Shown here in pieces: positions 26,953-38,503 of a stretch of 64,000 nucleotides of DNA. The notes beneath the pieces were generated by a model, which saw nothing but the letters and a program-made list of their open reading frames with translations, did not search any database and was not told the DNA's origin. Source of the stretch: Rhina ancylostomus (taxonomy: Eukaryota); assembly GCA_030265395.1 (NCBI GenBank), contig JARFYF010000104.1, forward strand, positions 79,560,013 through 79,624,012, in the 5' to 3' direction. Positions within the stretch are counted from its first letter, which is position 1; each line of letters opens with the position of its first letter. Both the position numbers and the translations under genes were made by a program.

Positions 26953-27470
26953 TTCTTACTGCAACTGTACAAGGCACTAGTGAGACCATATCCAGAGGAC
27001 AGTGAACAATTTTGGACTCCTATTTAAGGTTCATAGGTGGCTCACTCGGATGATCCCAGTTATGGAGGAGCTGTCCTATGTAGAATAGTTAAACAGATTG
27101 GAATCCTACACATTGGGGTTTAGATGGATATGAGGCGATCTTACTGAAACATATACTGAGAAGATGTCTTCTCATAGGAGAGTCCAGAACCAGAGGGCAT
27201 GCTCTCAAGACAAGGTGTCACCCATTTAAGACTGAGATGGGGAAGAATCTCTTCTCTCAGAGGCTTGGATTGTTGATGTCCTTATCACAGAGAACTGTGA
27301 GGGCAGAGCTCTGGTGTACATTTAAGGCTGAGGTAGATAGATTTCTAATCAGCAAGGGAATTATAGGTTATGGAGAAAGGACAGGAAAACAGACAAGGAA
27401 TTTCAGATCAGCCCTGATCCTAGTGAATGGTGATGGAGACTTGAGAGGCTGCTGTTCCTACCTCTTATAG
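26953..27470 (+). mobile_element. CR1-type LINE 3' fragment
   Basis: 'LLQLYKALVRP' coding at the start, 'FKTEMGKNLFSQR' and the 3' tail. Confidence 0.85.
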
Positions 27471-27740
27471 TCAGGTGATCTTTGCACACTGTCTGTTCAT
27501 TCTTACTGAGAAATTTTTATTTATGCAATCTGCTCTATGGCTATACTTCCTCCTTCTTGATGTTAACAAAGTGTCAAATATTGTCTGAACTGCTGCTATG
27601 ACAAAGATAAAGTAAAACAAAGAAGAAACAGCAATTAACAGCTTATGTNNNNNNNNNNNNNNNNNNNNNNNNNNNNNNNNNNNNNNNNNNNNNNNNNNNN
27701 NNNNNNNNNNNNNNNNNNNNNNNNNNNNNNNNNNNNGTTG

Positions 27741-27930
27741 CACATAAGATTTCTTTATTAGTTACATGTACATCAAAACACACTGTGAAATGCGTCTTTG
27801 TGTGGAACGTTCTGGGGGCAGCCCGCAAGTGTCGCCACACTTTCGGCGCTAACATAGTTTTCCCACAACTTCCTAACCCGTACATCTTTGGAATGTGGGA
27901 GGAAACCGGAGCACCCGGAGGAAACCATAT
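27741..27930 (-). mobile_element. V-SINE (HE1-like), 3' part
   Basis: 'gtgggaggaaaccggagcacccggaggaaacc' is the reverse complement of the V-domain core; tail matches 8920-9115. Confidence 0.85.
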
Positions 27931-30149
27931 GTGCATTGGCACATACTGAAGAAACCAATGTTAATCCATACAGATAATTATGGGAAGATGTCAGAAAAGG
28001 TAGAGTGGTGATTGTGTGCAATTTCAATTATCTGGCAATAAAGCGAGGCATTGAGAGGAAGAAATATATTTACAGAGGGAGCTGGAGACACTTACTGATA
28101 CAGCATGCAAGTCAGAGCCCTAGATCAAGTGTCATGTCCTATTTAGCAGTAAATCAGAATTGATCTACAAATGCGAAGTGATGCTTCTTTTAGGAAAAAG
28201 TGATCATATTATCATTTTGCATCCATTACTGAAGGTAAGTGCCAGCAGTTAAAGAAACTAACAAAGGAAGAACTAGTAAAGGTGAATAGAGATGGTCTAT
28301 TTGAAGTGAAAGCTTTGTGGCAATAATTTTAGATACATTATGTTTAAATACATGTGACTATTATCACAATTTAGAATGTAAAAAAATAAAATGAATTGAA
28401 CACTTCTGTCACATTAAAAGAACAAAAGGTAAGCAAGAGTAATTAAATTGAGTATAACAGATAAACTGATTGATGCAGTTACAAGGTAGGCAATCAAGAT
28501 CATCACAATTAGAAAGGCAATTTAGCTTACTGTATAGTCATAGAAAGGTACAGAAACAGGCCCTTCAGCCCACCAAGACTGTGCTGACCATCAACCACCC
28601 ATTTACACTAATCTTACCTTAATTCTCTTTTTTATTTTTCCTGTATTCTCATTAACTCGCATCCCCCACCCAGTCATCCTGAATGAGGTTCACCTGAACC
28701 AACCAATTTCAGAATCCAGTTCCTAAATAATTCTAAAGTTTTCATCTGTATTCTTTCTGGCTGAATCTATGATACATATAAACAAACCTAAGGTACCAAG
28801 CAGGTGGATGATATCTGGATTTCCCAGATCTGGATGTCTTTTAATGCTGCAAATGCACAGTCAGCACTTTAAAGAAGTTCTAGGCATTTCTGGTGGTAAG
28901 TATGAATGGAACTTTTTCTAGCTGTACCCTGTAATTGTTCTTCTGATTCCACTTCCGGGTAGTAAATCCTCCCCAATAGTGCCACAGCTAAAGGCAACCT
29001 CTTCTTATATTCCAATGTTCTGGCACAACCGTTCCACAGACCAAAGTAATCCAATACCAAATTTAGAAGTTCTCTTCTAACTCCACTATAGAGAGGGTAT
29101 GTAAACCAATTTGCCAACACTATTAAAACACTTACTTTCCTCTCTCAGCAATGCAACAAGACTTCTACTCACCTGCTATATAAAATATGCTTCATCCCAA
29201 CTTCATATAGATTTTAATCTCCAAGACGGGACAACACATACTTGATAATCATCATGACTAATAATTTACAATTTTATAAAGCTATGAATAAAATAATATT
29301 AGTGGAAATTGAAAACAGTGCTAACACATCCACAATGCTTTGAAATTGGACTGTATTTGGCCCCATTATAGCATTTAAATATTCCAGCTGTACACACAAA
29401 ACTGGAGGGTTATGTCAAATCATATTGGACAAGACATAAAATGAAGTGTGTATGTGGAATCATCAAAGCCAATAACTTACAATTCTGTAACAATATAAAT
29501 ACAGGATAAAATAACAGTGAAACTTGAACCAGCTCATATTTCTATAATGCATTGAGCATATTTTGCTCAATATAACATATGGATACTGTAACTGTTGACT
29601 GTACAAACAGTAGGATTGTGCCAAATACTATGTCCAAGGACATAAATTTATCAAGTGGTGCAGGCCTGTAGTTTAACTAGTTTGTGCTCCACCGATTCAC
29701 TGGCACTTTTGTAAGTCCTCTAGTTTGGTTTCAGGCAGTTCAGACAATTGCCAAGAGTGGGATGGAATCATCAACCAGGGAATGGGTTTGTGATGTGGCA
29801 TATACAATGAATTTGGCAGTCTCAATCTTTAGGAAATTTCTGTTCCTATAATATTGGACAAGCAGTCTGACAATGTGAAGGCTGTGGAAGGGTCGAGAAA
29901 ATTGGGGATGAAATAAAGCTGGGGGTTTGCAGATAACAATGCCAAGGGGCAGCATATGGATGAGAAATAGTACGTGACCAATGATAGCTCCTTAAGAACA
30001 GCAGAGGTAATGGTGCATCTGCAGGGGAAGAAGCCCATCGTGGGTGATTTGCTGACTACAAACGAATAAAGAAAATTGGAAACAGGGAGGTATGACCTAA
30101 TTCAGTTGAAGATCATGGAATGTGAGATCAACCATGTCAANNNNNNNNN

Positions 30150-30450
30150 NTTTCATTTCACTGGAGCTCTTTACGTTGTATTGCAGGAGAAGAGGTTCAG
30201 ATAGATTAAACAGAACAAGGAGAGAATGATTACATATGTTACGGTTGCATAAAAAGTTTTCAGTGACTTTAATGAGAACCATTTTGGCATAGTGGCAGTA
30301 CCAGCAAGCTGAACAAGTTGTTCTATGAAAGATTAGCAAAAATTTGGAAGGCTACAAATTTATTCAAAGAAATTGGAGAGGTAAAAGAGATCAGAAATGG
30401 GGCAGTGGTTAATAAAAAGAGGACAGATTTTGAGTGGGGTGATGAGGGTA
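30150..30450 (-). mobile_element. L2-like RT fragment
   Basis: ORF 30097-30339 'VLIKVTENFL...SLLVLFNLS' resembles L2 RT 'ALxKVTNDLL...SxLxLLDLS'. Confidence 0.5.
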
Positions 30451-30526
30451 GATTTAATATGCACTAATGTACAATTACAATTTTGAGGTATGAATGAACC
30501 AAGTATGCAGCATAAATACTCTGACT

Positions 30527-30575
30527 GATATGCCAGCATTAAATGGATATGCCGGCATTAAATGGATATGCTGGC
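30527..30575. repeat. 19-bp tandem repeat, ~2.5 copies
   Basis: gatatgcc(a/g)gcattaaatg repeated. Confidence 0.85.
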
Positions 30576-31183
30576 GATCCTTAAAGGCTCAAAAGAATGG
30601 TGTGTAACCTTTTTATATTTAAAATGTGTAATAATTCTACTAAATTCTGCCCTACATATTGCTTTGTACCAGTTCATAAACTAATACTCATATGGGCTGG
30701 GGGTTGAGGGCAGAGAGCTAGGCATTAATACTTTATGTTAGTGCAGTGACTTGACATCTTTGTAAACAATGGGTAAGCACTTTAGTTTTATACATTCAAC
30801 TTTGTTGTGTTGTAGTGCAGAAGTGCCTTCCACACCAAGTGGCCTGGATATTAATCTGGAGGTGGCATTCAACTAGGAAACACATCAACTAAGTAGAATG
30901 GAATCTGCAATCAGAACAGAAGTGAATCAATTACTTTTGTCTTCCAGTTTCTCCCCCCACAAGTAGCTGTGCAGCAGCTTTATCCATAGTGATATGATGC
31001 AAAATCAGCTGAATTCAAATGGTTCACAAATGAATGTTGCAGTTCAGGGAGAATGGCAGCTATGGAACAAGGACAGCTCCAGTTTTAATGATGCATTGGT
31101 GGAGGAAGAGGAGGAGATGGTTTACATTTTGCATTAACAATGGAAGGAAGAAATCAGTTGCTCTCATTGAGAAAATTAGCAGT

Positions 31184-31248
31184 AGTAATGGAATACAATA
31201 TAGAAAAGACTATTGAATCCAGGTAATGGATACAATATAGAAAAGACT
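31184..31248. repeat. Short tandem duplication, ~38-bp period
   Basis: 'gtaatgg(a)atacaatatagaaaagact' occurs twice. Confidence 0.8.
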
Positions 31249-33639
31249 GCATCACCTGGTCAAGAAAAGTGATTGCACACTGATCCAATTATATTGCATG
31301 TTTTAAACTTCTCAATCAGCCTTGATAAATGTTCTCCATCACCTCGTTCATTACCATCATTCATCTTTCAGCCTTGTTCATTGTCACTTTCTACACATTT
31401 CATCACCTACTAATTAACCTTTACCCCACCCTTATGCAAAATAATTCAAATATCTCGTAGTCAATCTCAGAGAAAGCACTGCATCCCAGTGAAAATCTTC
31501 CCTTTGGTCACTGGTTTACTTTTGTGACCCCCTGTAAGAGAGCTTGCAGGCTGCAAAGGAGAGGAAAAGGTGGCCACAGATAGTACAGCTTACAGAGGAA
31601 GATGACTGGGGGATAGGTAAGATCTCTCTTAGTCTGAGTTGAAGAAACAGGTGGCTGATGAAAAAATTTTAACTACCTTTGATAATATGTTCTTCTGTGA
31701 TAGAACTATTTGAAGACTGAATAATGGTCTTTTTTTTCCTAAAGACTATAACTTCTACCACGATGGAACCAAATCTTTATTATTGTCCTCCAAGGCCTTT
31801 ATGCAAACAGCAAATGTTGGAGGACATTCAACCTGACAAATTCTTCTCAAGAGACAAGCTGCAGTAAGCAGGCTTCTATTCCAATAGGACATTACTCGCC
31901 TGAATTTCTGAACAAGCTCAACTCCGTTTACTTGGTAGGTTTCTCAAAACCTGGGAAACCTACCAGTTCAAGTAAAATTTAGAAGCAAGTTAAAATCTGT
32001 TCACAAGTATTTTATTAACATGCCATAAGGATATTTACTATACCTCAACATAAGTTCATATTCAATTAAAAAATCCCTTATTTAGCTGAAAATGAACCTG
32101 TTAAACTTCGAAGTGCCATTGGTAGAACCAGGTTGGGCTCATGAAGCAAAATAATTTTCATTTTGTACTTGCTCCCACCCTTTATTGGGATCTATAAGTA
32201 TTAGCACAGTTTTACATTTGTAAAGCAAAAGCACAATATTCTACAGTTCCATTTCAGCAAGTTCTTTTTTAGTTGTTGTCTATGGGTACAAATCTTTATT
32301 TTGTCAGTTCTTTAAATTGAGTACATTTATTTTGCCCTCAGTCATAGAATACATGGTTTTGATAGAAATGACTTTAAAAAATATATACTACCAAGACCCA
32401 GGATACTTTGTAAAGTCAGAAATTTTTACTGCATGCACATTTGGCTGTACTGAATCAGGTACTAATCTGGAGGGATTTTCTTGCCTCTTATTAGATTTTC
32501 TACACCTCAGCCATAAGTGATAAATGTACTGCTGAATTCAATGTCAAGTTAATCAATGCTGCCAAAGTTTTGTTGACCAAATGGCAATCCATAAAACAAG
32601 CAGCATTTCCGCAGCCTTGTGACAGCTCCGTCTAAAGAAGGGGATGAAGTTCGGAGCCTTCTCGGTTGGTAAGCAGATTCTGAACAGCTGTCAAAAAAAA
32701 GGCTACTTGTTTAGATCCCATGCATGTCTGAAGGATTGTTTAAGAATCTGCAGTCACTGAAATGAATCCAGTTTGATGGTTAAAATGCTGGCAAATCGAT
32801 AACTTCACAGATGATGAACTCTTGTCAAACAAAACATGTAGTAGCGTTAAGGCAGAATGCTACAGATTTATGCGTGGAGTGTCTGTTTTTCTACGAGTTA
32901 CTGCTCCCACGCCTTTAAACTAACAGACGCAGGGAGAAAATTGAAGTAAACCTTATATGCTCTCCCATTTGCTGTCATTCAGAACAGCTGGCAGGAAAGT
33001 CGAAACATGAGCAACCCTCTAAACAAACTGCCGTCACACTTTCAGAAGCAATTATAGTCTTATGAAATATGAATTGCAATTGATTTTTTCTTACTGGGGT
33101 TGTCCCATTACATGTTTTATGCACCCCAGGCATTTACTTAGACAGTAATCTGACACATTTTTACTAGAAGAGGTGAAAAATACAATCTTTGCGCAATCTT
33201 ATTTTGTCTTCAGTGAACAGACACGTAAAGCACCCAGAGATGTGCTTTGATAAAGACACCAAACACTACAATTATTGTAAATAAATAATCAAACTTGTTT
33301 GCTGAACACTGATTAACCTTTTTCATGCCAATGACAAATGAGCATGATCAGAATTCAAGACTGCATTCACCACTGCCATCTAGCACTAGATTCTCCATCT
33401 TGTAGTGCATTCATTCTGCTAATAGAGTGGAAATGGGAAACTGTTAGAAATTAGTATACTTAATTTAAAAATAGTTATGAGAACATTTTCAAGCCTTGTT
33501 AAGTACTTTATTCAGAGGCTTAACACGTGGTAAAACCATTTCCAGCTTTATTAACCAAATTAAAACTGCACCAGATTTTGCTCTTAGAATACTTTTTAAA
33601 ATAAAAAGAATAAACTAATTATTCCATTCTTTAGTCCCA

Positions 33640-33940
33640 TCGATAGCTTCAGATGCTACCTTGAAGATTTTTTGCAGCAATGACATGCAGCTGAGATGAC
33701 TGATTTCCAACCATTTTTTTATGCTCCAACTATAACTCCAGGCACAGGACTTTTATTTTTACTTCAGGATCCCCAGTAACTTCAAGTTTACCAGGGCTCT
33801 TTGGTGCCACAATCAATTAAACGCTACCTCAATGTAAAAGGAAATTATTTTTAACTCATCTCTGGAATTTAGCTCATGTCCCTGTTTGGAATAGAACTTT
33901 ACTGAAGTGTGAAGCTGAGTGGTTCTTGTGAAACTGAGAA
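33640..33940 (-). mobile_element. Old LINE RT fragment
   Basis: Reverse complement resembles 'LDIxxAFDxVWHQxAL' coding. Confidence 0.45.
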
Positions 33941-34669
33941 AAAGCTTTCAAGATGAGAAAATGAGCACTTTGTTTTTGCTGAGATCTGAAAGATCCAAAA
34001 GCTTTAACCTAAGATTTGTGATTCAGGAGGAATACAAAAAGAGAAGTTTCAGTGAGACTGTTGGGCAAGAAGGATTAAGTCTTGATCACTAAAGGTAGAG
34101 GGAAAAGTTGGTTTTGTTCTCCAAGCTCCTCATTGTGTCCACTCAATTGCTGTAATATGTGCTCTCACTAGCTTCTCTGATGTTGCATAAAATGCGTATA
34201 ACATTTTGAAGAGCCTAGAAGATTAAATAGGAAAAAACTTGTGTCACTTTGTAAAGGGTCAGAAACCAAGGAGTATAGGCTTAAAGTAGGAAGATTAGAG
34301 GGGCGATGAGGTTTTCATCAGGAGCGTGGTAGGGGTCTGGAATTTGCTGTCCAAAAGGGTGGTAGAGGCAGAAACCCTAGAGGGAGACTGAGCAGTCATC
34401 AAATGAAGGATAGGAGACAGCCGAGTGAAAGGATAAGCAATGCCTCAGTGCATGTGGTCAGTGGAAATGGACGTGGAACGAAACGACTGAGGGCCACATT
34501 TTTCACATAACCTGCAGCTCAAATTATCCTTTCACCACTATGTCATGCACCTTTTCCTTTACCAGCAATTAAATAAAGGTAGCAAAACGTGGAAGAAGAT
34601 AGAGAATTATGGGAGAGGGGAAAAAGAGGTAGCTGCAGAGGAAAGGGATATGGAGATTGGAGTGTTGAA

Positions 34670-35545
34670 GAGGCATTGGAAGGATGCTTTTCTGACTGGA
34701 AGTCTTTGACTAGTGCTATACCACAGCGATCAGTACTGGGACCCTCATTGTTTGTGACATGTATCAATGCTTGGATGCAAACGTAAGAGGCATGATAAGT
34801 AAGTTTGCAGATGACATGAAAGCTGGTGGTGTTATGCATAGCTAGGAAGGCTGTGTAAGGCTACAGCAGGATATAGATCAGATGGAAAGTTGGACAGAGC
34901 GAAGGCAGATAGAATTTTATCCTGACAAGTGGTAGGCCATGCATTTTGGGAAGTCAAATATGGGCTGTACATATACAGTAAATGGTCGGGCACTTAGGAA
35001 AGCTGATGAACAGAGGGACCTTGGGGTTCAAGTTCATAGTTTCCTGAAAGTGGCAACACAGATAAATCGTGTGGTGAAGAAGGTACATGGCAAGCTTGCC
35101 TTCACAGGCCAGGACATAGAATATAAAAGTTGGGATATTATGTCGCAACTTTAGAAAACACTGGTTAGGCTGCACTTGCAGTATTGTATGCAGTTCTGGT
35201 CACATTATTGGAAGGATATGGTTGGACCTGATGAGAGGTTTCAACCCAAAATGTCGACTGTCCATTTCCCTCCATAGATGCTGCCTGACCCTCCAAGTTC
35301 CTCCAATATCTTGTGTGTTGTTTGAAGGACTTCAGTTATGGGGAGTGACTGGAATTTGTTGCCAGAGGAGGCGGTAGAGTCAGATACAATCACTAAGTTT
35401 AAGAAGCATTCAGACAGGCACTTAAAGAGGCAAGGATCCAGGCCTAGTGTGGGCTAATGGGATTAATGTAGATGAGCCAAGAGGTCGGCATTGATGTGGT
35501 GGGATAAAGGGCCTATTTCAGTGCTGTAGAATTCTATGACTCCTA
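34670..35545 (+). mobile_element. CR1-type LINE RT/3' fragment, interrupted at ~35225-35320
   Basis: SDWKSLTSAIPQRSVLGP, KFADDMK, MHFGKSN and QRDLGVQVH motifs; CR1 tail 'ctgtagaattctatgact'. Confidence 0.9.
35227..35320 (+). mobile_element. Penelope-type fold-back element fragment with decayed hammerhead-like core
   Basis: 'ctgatgagaggtttcaacccaaaatgtcgactg...tccatagatgctgcctgacc'. Confidence 0.65.
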
Positions 35546-36733
35546 CCTTCAAGTCCAAATCACTGATACATTTTTAAAAGGTTAGGGATCTAGCACTGAA
35601 CCCTGCAGGACAAAGTGCCTGCAGCTTTGTAACACTACTGTAACACTAAAAACCTGAGCCACTTTTGAATCCAATCTTGATATTTTCCATGGAGTCCCAA
35701 GAGCTTTTACTTTTCTTATCAGTCTATGACTTTCAATCTTGTCAAATAATTTTCTATAATCTATTCATACCACATCATATACACAATACCCAAGTTTCCG
35801 GTTACATCCAGGGCCAACAGAAAACACCAAGACCAGCAAGACAGAAGGAATATTTTCTCTCTTATCATGTACAGTGGCATGGGATACATAATATTTTTGT
35901 ATTATGTTTCTGGTACTGGTTCTAACAGCTAGAAAAGATTAGATTTATGGAGCACCTCGAGTGGAGTATAGAAATACATTTCCTTATGAAGGAGATTATA
36001 ATAATCTTAAAAGGGATCACATATCTGCACCAAGCTGACATTAGTTAATTGGGAAAAATGGAAGCCAAAAGCCATTCTACTTCTCTTTCCTGCAAAACTG
36101 TATTCTGAGACACAATTATGATCTGATGTGTATTTATGAAGGAGATGTATACAAAAATCGAATGAAATACATATAAACATGACAAGTTGAATTTAAATAC
36201 TGAACAACTTCTTAGATATATGCATGTTTAAGGTCATTGGGCTACAGTAATTAATTTCTCAACGAACAATGTAGTGCTAGAGGGTATGTCATGTAGAGTT
36301 AGCCCATTGGAATAATTTGATATAAGTGAAATGCTTTTTAGTTTGGTTTCTCTATGCTCTTTATGGAATCATCATAGGCACTGTATCCAACGATACGAGT
36401 TAAGATCTGTGGAAAGCTAGCAATACCATATTTGATTTGCGAGCATCCACAAGTTTCTAAAATTCCGTAATACTAATATTTCCCAATGAAAATATCTTCC
36501 TTTATGCATAAAATAATGATGATGATTGTGCTTCTTTAAAAAGTTGCCTTGCACCTTACTTGGAAAATAAATGGACCATAATAGATATTTAAAAGGATAC
36601 TCCTGATTACTCTGGATAAACAAATCTGAAATGTGCCACTGCAATATTCAGTTAAGATGAGAAGATGACGGATGTTTGGTGACCAGATGAGAATCACGCT
36701 TCCCATTCAGTGGAATTTGTATCACTACTAGTA

Positions 36734-37553
36734 CTCCAAATGAGCTCAATGCATTCAATGTAAGTTTTGCACAGAAAGGGATTGAAATATCACCCTCGCA
36801 GCCTCCAATGCACTTGAACCCAGTCACCATTGCAGATGTAAGATTAGGCTTCCGGAGAGTGAACCCGCTGAAGGCATCTGGCCTGGATGGTGTTCCCAGT
36901 CATGTCCTTAGATCCTGCGCAGATCAGCTGGCGGGGTATTTGCAGACATTTTTAACCTCTCCCTGCTTCAGTTTGAGGTTCCCGCCTGCTTTAAGATGAC
37001 CATTATCATAAAAGAATCCTATCCAGATGCATCATGGCTTGGTATTGCAACTGCTCTGCCAGGGACTGCAAGAAACTGCAGAGTTGTGGACACAGCCCAG
37101 CGCATCATGGAATCCAACTTTCCCTGGACACTGACTCTGTCTACACTTCTCGCTACCTCAGTAAAGCAGCCAGCAAAATCAAAGACCCTACCCACCCTGG
37201 ACATTCTCTCTTCTCCCCACTTCCATCACGCAGAAGATACAAAAGACTGAATATGCACGTACCACCAGGGTCAAGGACAGCTTTTTTCCCCGCCGTCATA
37301 GAACTATTGAACAGTTCCCTAATACGATAAGATGGACTCTTGACCTCACAATCTACCTGGTTATGATCTTGCACCTTATTGTCTACCTGCACTGCACTTT
37401 ATCTGCAGTGTAACACTTTATTCTGCACTTTGTTGTTGTTTTACCTTGTTCTACCTCAATGCACTGTGTAATGAATTGATCTGTATGGACGATATGCAAG
37501 ACGTTTTCCACTGTACCTCGGTACAAGTGACAATAATAAACCAATTTACCAAT
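36734..37553 (+). mobile_element. Rex1/Babar-like LINE, internally deleted
   Basis: 'ELNAF', 'RVNPLKASGLDGVPSHVLRSCADQLAG' and 'KAASKIKDPTHPGHSLFSPLPSRRRY' motifs, then the 3' tail. Confidence 0.85.
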
Positions 37554-37569
37554 GTGCCTTGTTTTCTAG

Positions 37570-37973
37570 GAAAACGCAAAGGTTTTGAATTCAACTTATC
37601 ATTGCAACAAGGCTATGGAATTTATAAGATATCGCAAGCAAGTAACTGCACTGCCGAGGAAAGTAAGTCTCTGTCTTACCAGAACCTCACTGCTCACCAA
37701 ACCGACGGATGCAAATTTCTCCCTGCGGGGACGGAGGGAATTCTAGGCAATGCCCCAATCGAGATCAGCACCACCGCTCCGCTGGACAGCTCCCCGCGGG
37801 CTCCACCTGTCCAGGGCACGGATCCGCGCAAAGTCAGTGAGCAGGACGCTGGAAAATCGCTCGCCGGCTCTACAGACGGCACAGAAGGCAAACTGGTGCA
37901 GGAGGAAGGGCGCAAACCAGAACTTGTGGATTGGGAATGGTGCCGGAGTAAGTCAGAAAGGACTCCCAGACAG
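37570..37973 (+). CDS. Putative coding exon of an unidentified gene nested antisense in the SNX24 intron
   Basis: Acceptor ccttgttttctag|GA at 37569/70 and consensus donor CAG|GTGAGT at 37973/74. 404 nt stop-free within ORF 37446-38000; GC/CpG-rich relative to flanks; no repeat similarity recognised. Confidence 0.45.
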
Positions 37974-38126
37974 GTGAGTGCACTCAGAAGGAAAAGGTGA
38001 GTGCAAACCATATCCACATGGGCTCCGTACAGTGAAATCCAATCCCCAGGGAAACTCCTTATTAACATCACAAGTGTTAGTTGAGGTTGAATTTGTTTAT
38101 TGACAATTTTAAGGGAGTGGTCACCA

Positions 38127-38503
38127 TAGAACACAGAGCATAACAGAACAGTACAGGCCCTTCAGCCCACAATGTTGTGCCGGTATTTTACCCTACTCTA
38201 AGATCTATCTAACCCTTCCCTCCCACATCGCCCACCATTTCTCTGTCATTCATGTGGCTATCTAAGATTCTCTTAAACGTTCCTAATGTATCTGCCCCCA
38301 CAACCTCTGCTGGAAGTATGTTCCACTCTGTGTAAAAAAAACTGACATCCCCCTTATACATTCCGCCAATCACCTTAAAATTATGCCCCCTCGTGTTAGC
38401 CATTGTCATTCTGGGAAAAAGCTGCTGACTGTCCACTCGATCTGTGCCTCTTATCATCTTGTACACCTCTATCAAGTCACCTCTCATCCTCCTTCACTCC
38501 AAA
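38127..38503 (-). mobile_element. CR1-type LINE 3' end, running into a gap
   Basis: ORF 38209-38487 MRGDLIEVYKMIRG...TRGHNFKV; simple-repeat tail 'catagaacacagagcataacag'. Confidence 0.9.

Noticed and set aside
30527-31248. Short direct repeats as a possible CRISPR-like array
   Set aside because: Only 2-3 adjacent copies with no unique spacers in a vertebrate intron; ordinary tandem duplications.
33745-33830. Strong-looking plus-strand acceptor (ttttatttttacttcag)
   Set aside because: Lies within an antisense LINE RT remnant and has no convincing exon.
37694-38134. 146-aa minus-strand ORF with a signal-peptide-like stretch (MVCTHLFLLSALTCLGVLS) and donor-like sites at ~37697 and ~37679
   Set aside because: Most likely the shadow of the GC-rich plus-strand ORF. 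The first donor is out of phase with SNX24 exon 4, and the phase-0 frame for the second has an upstream stop.
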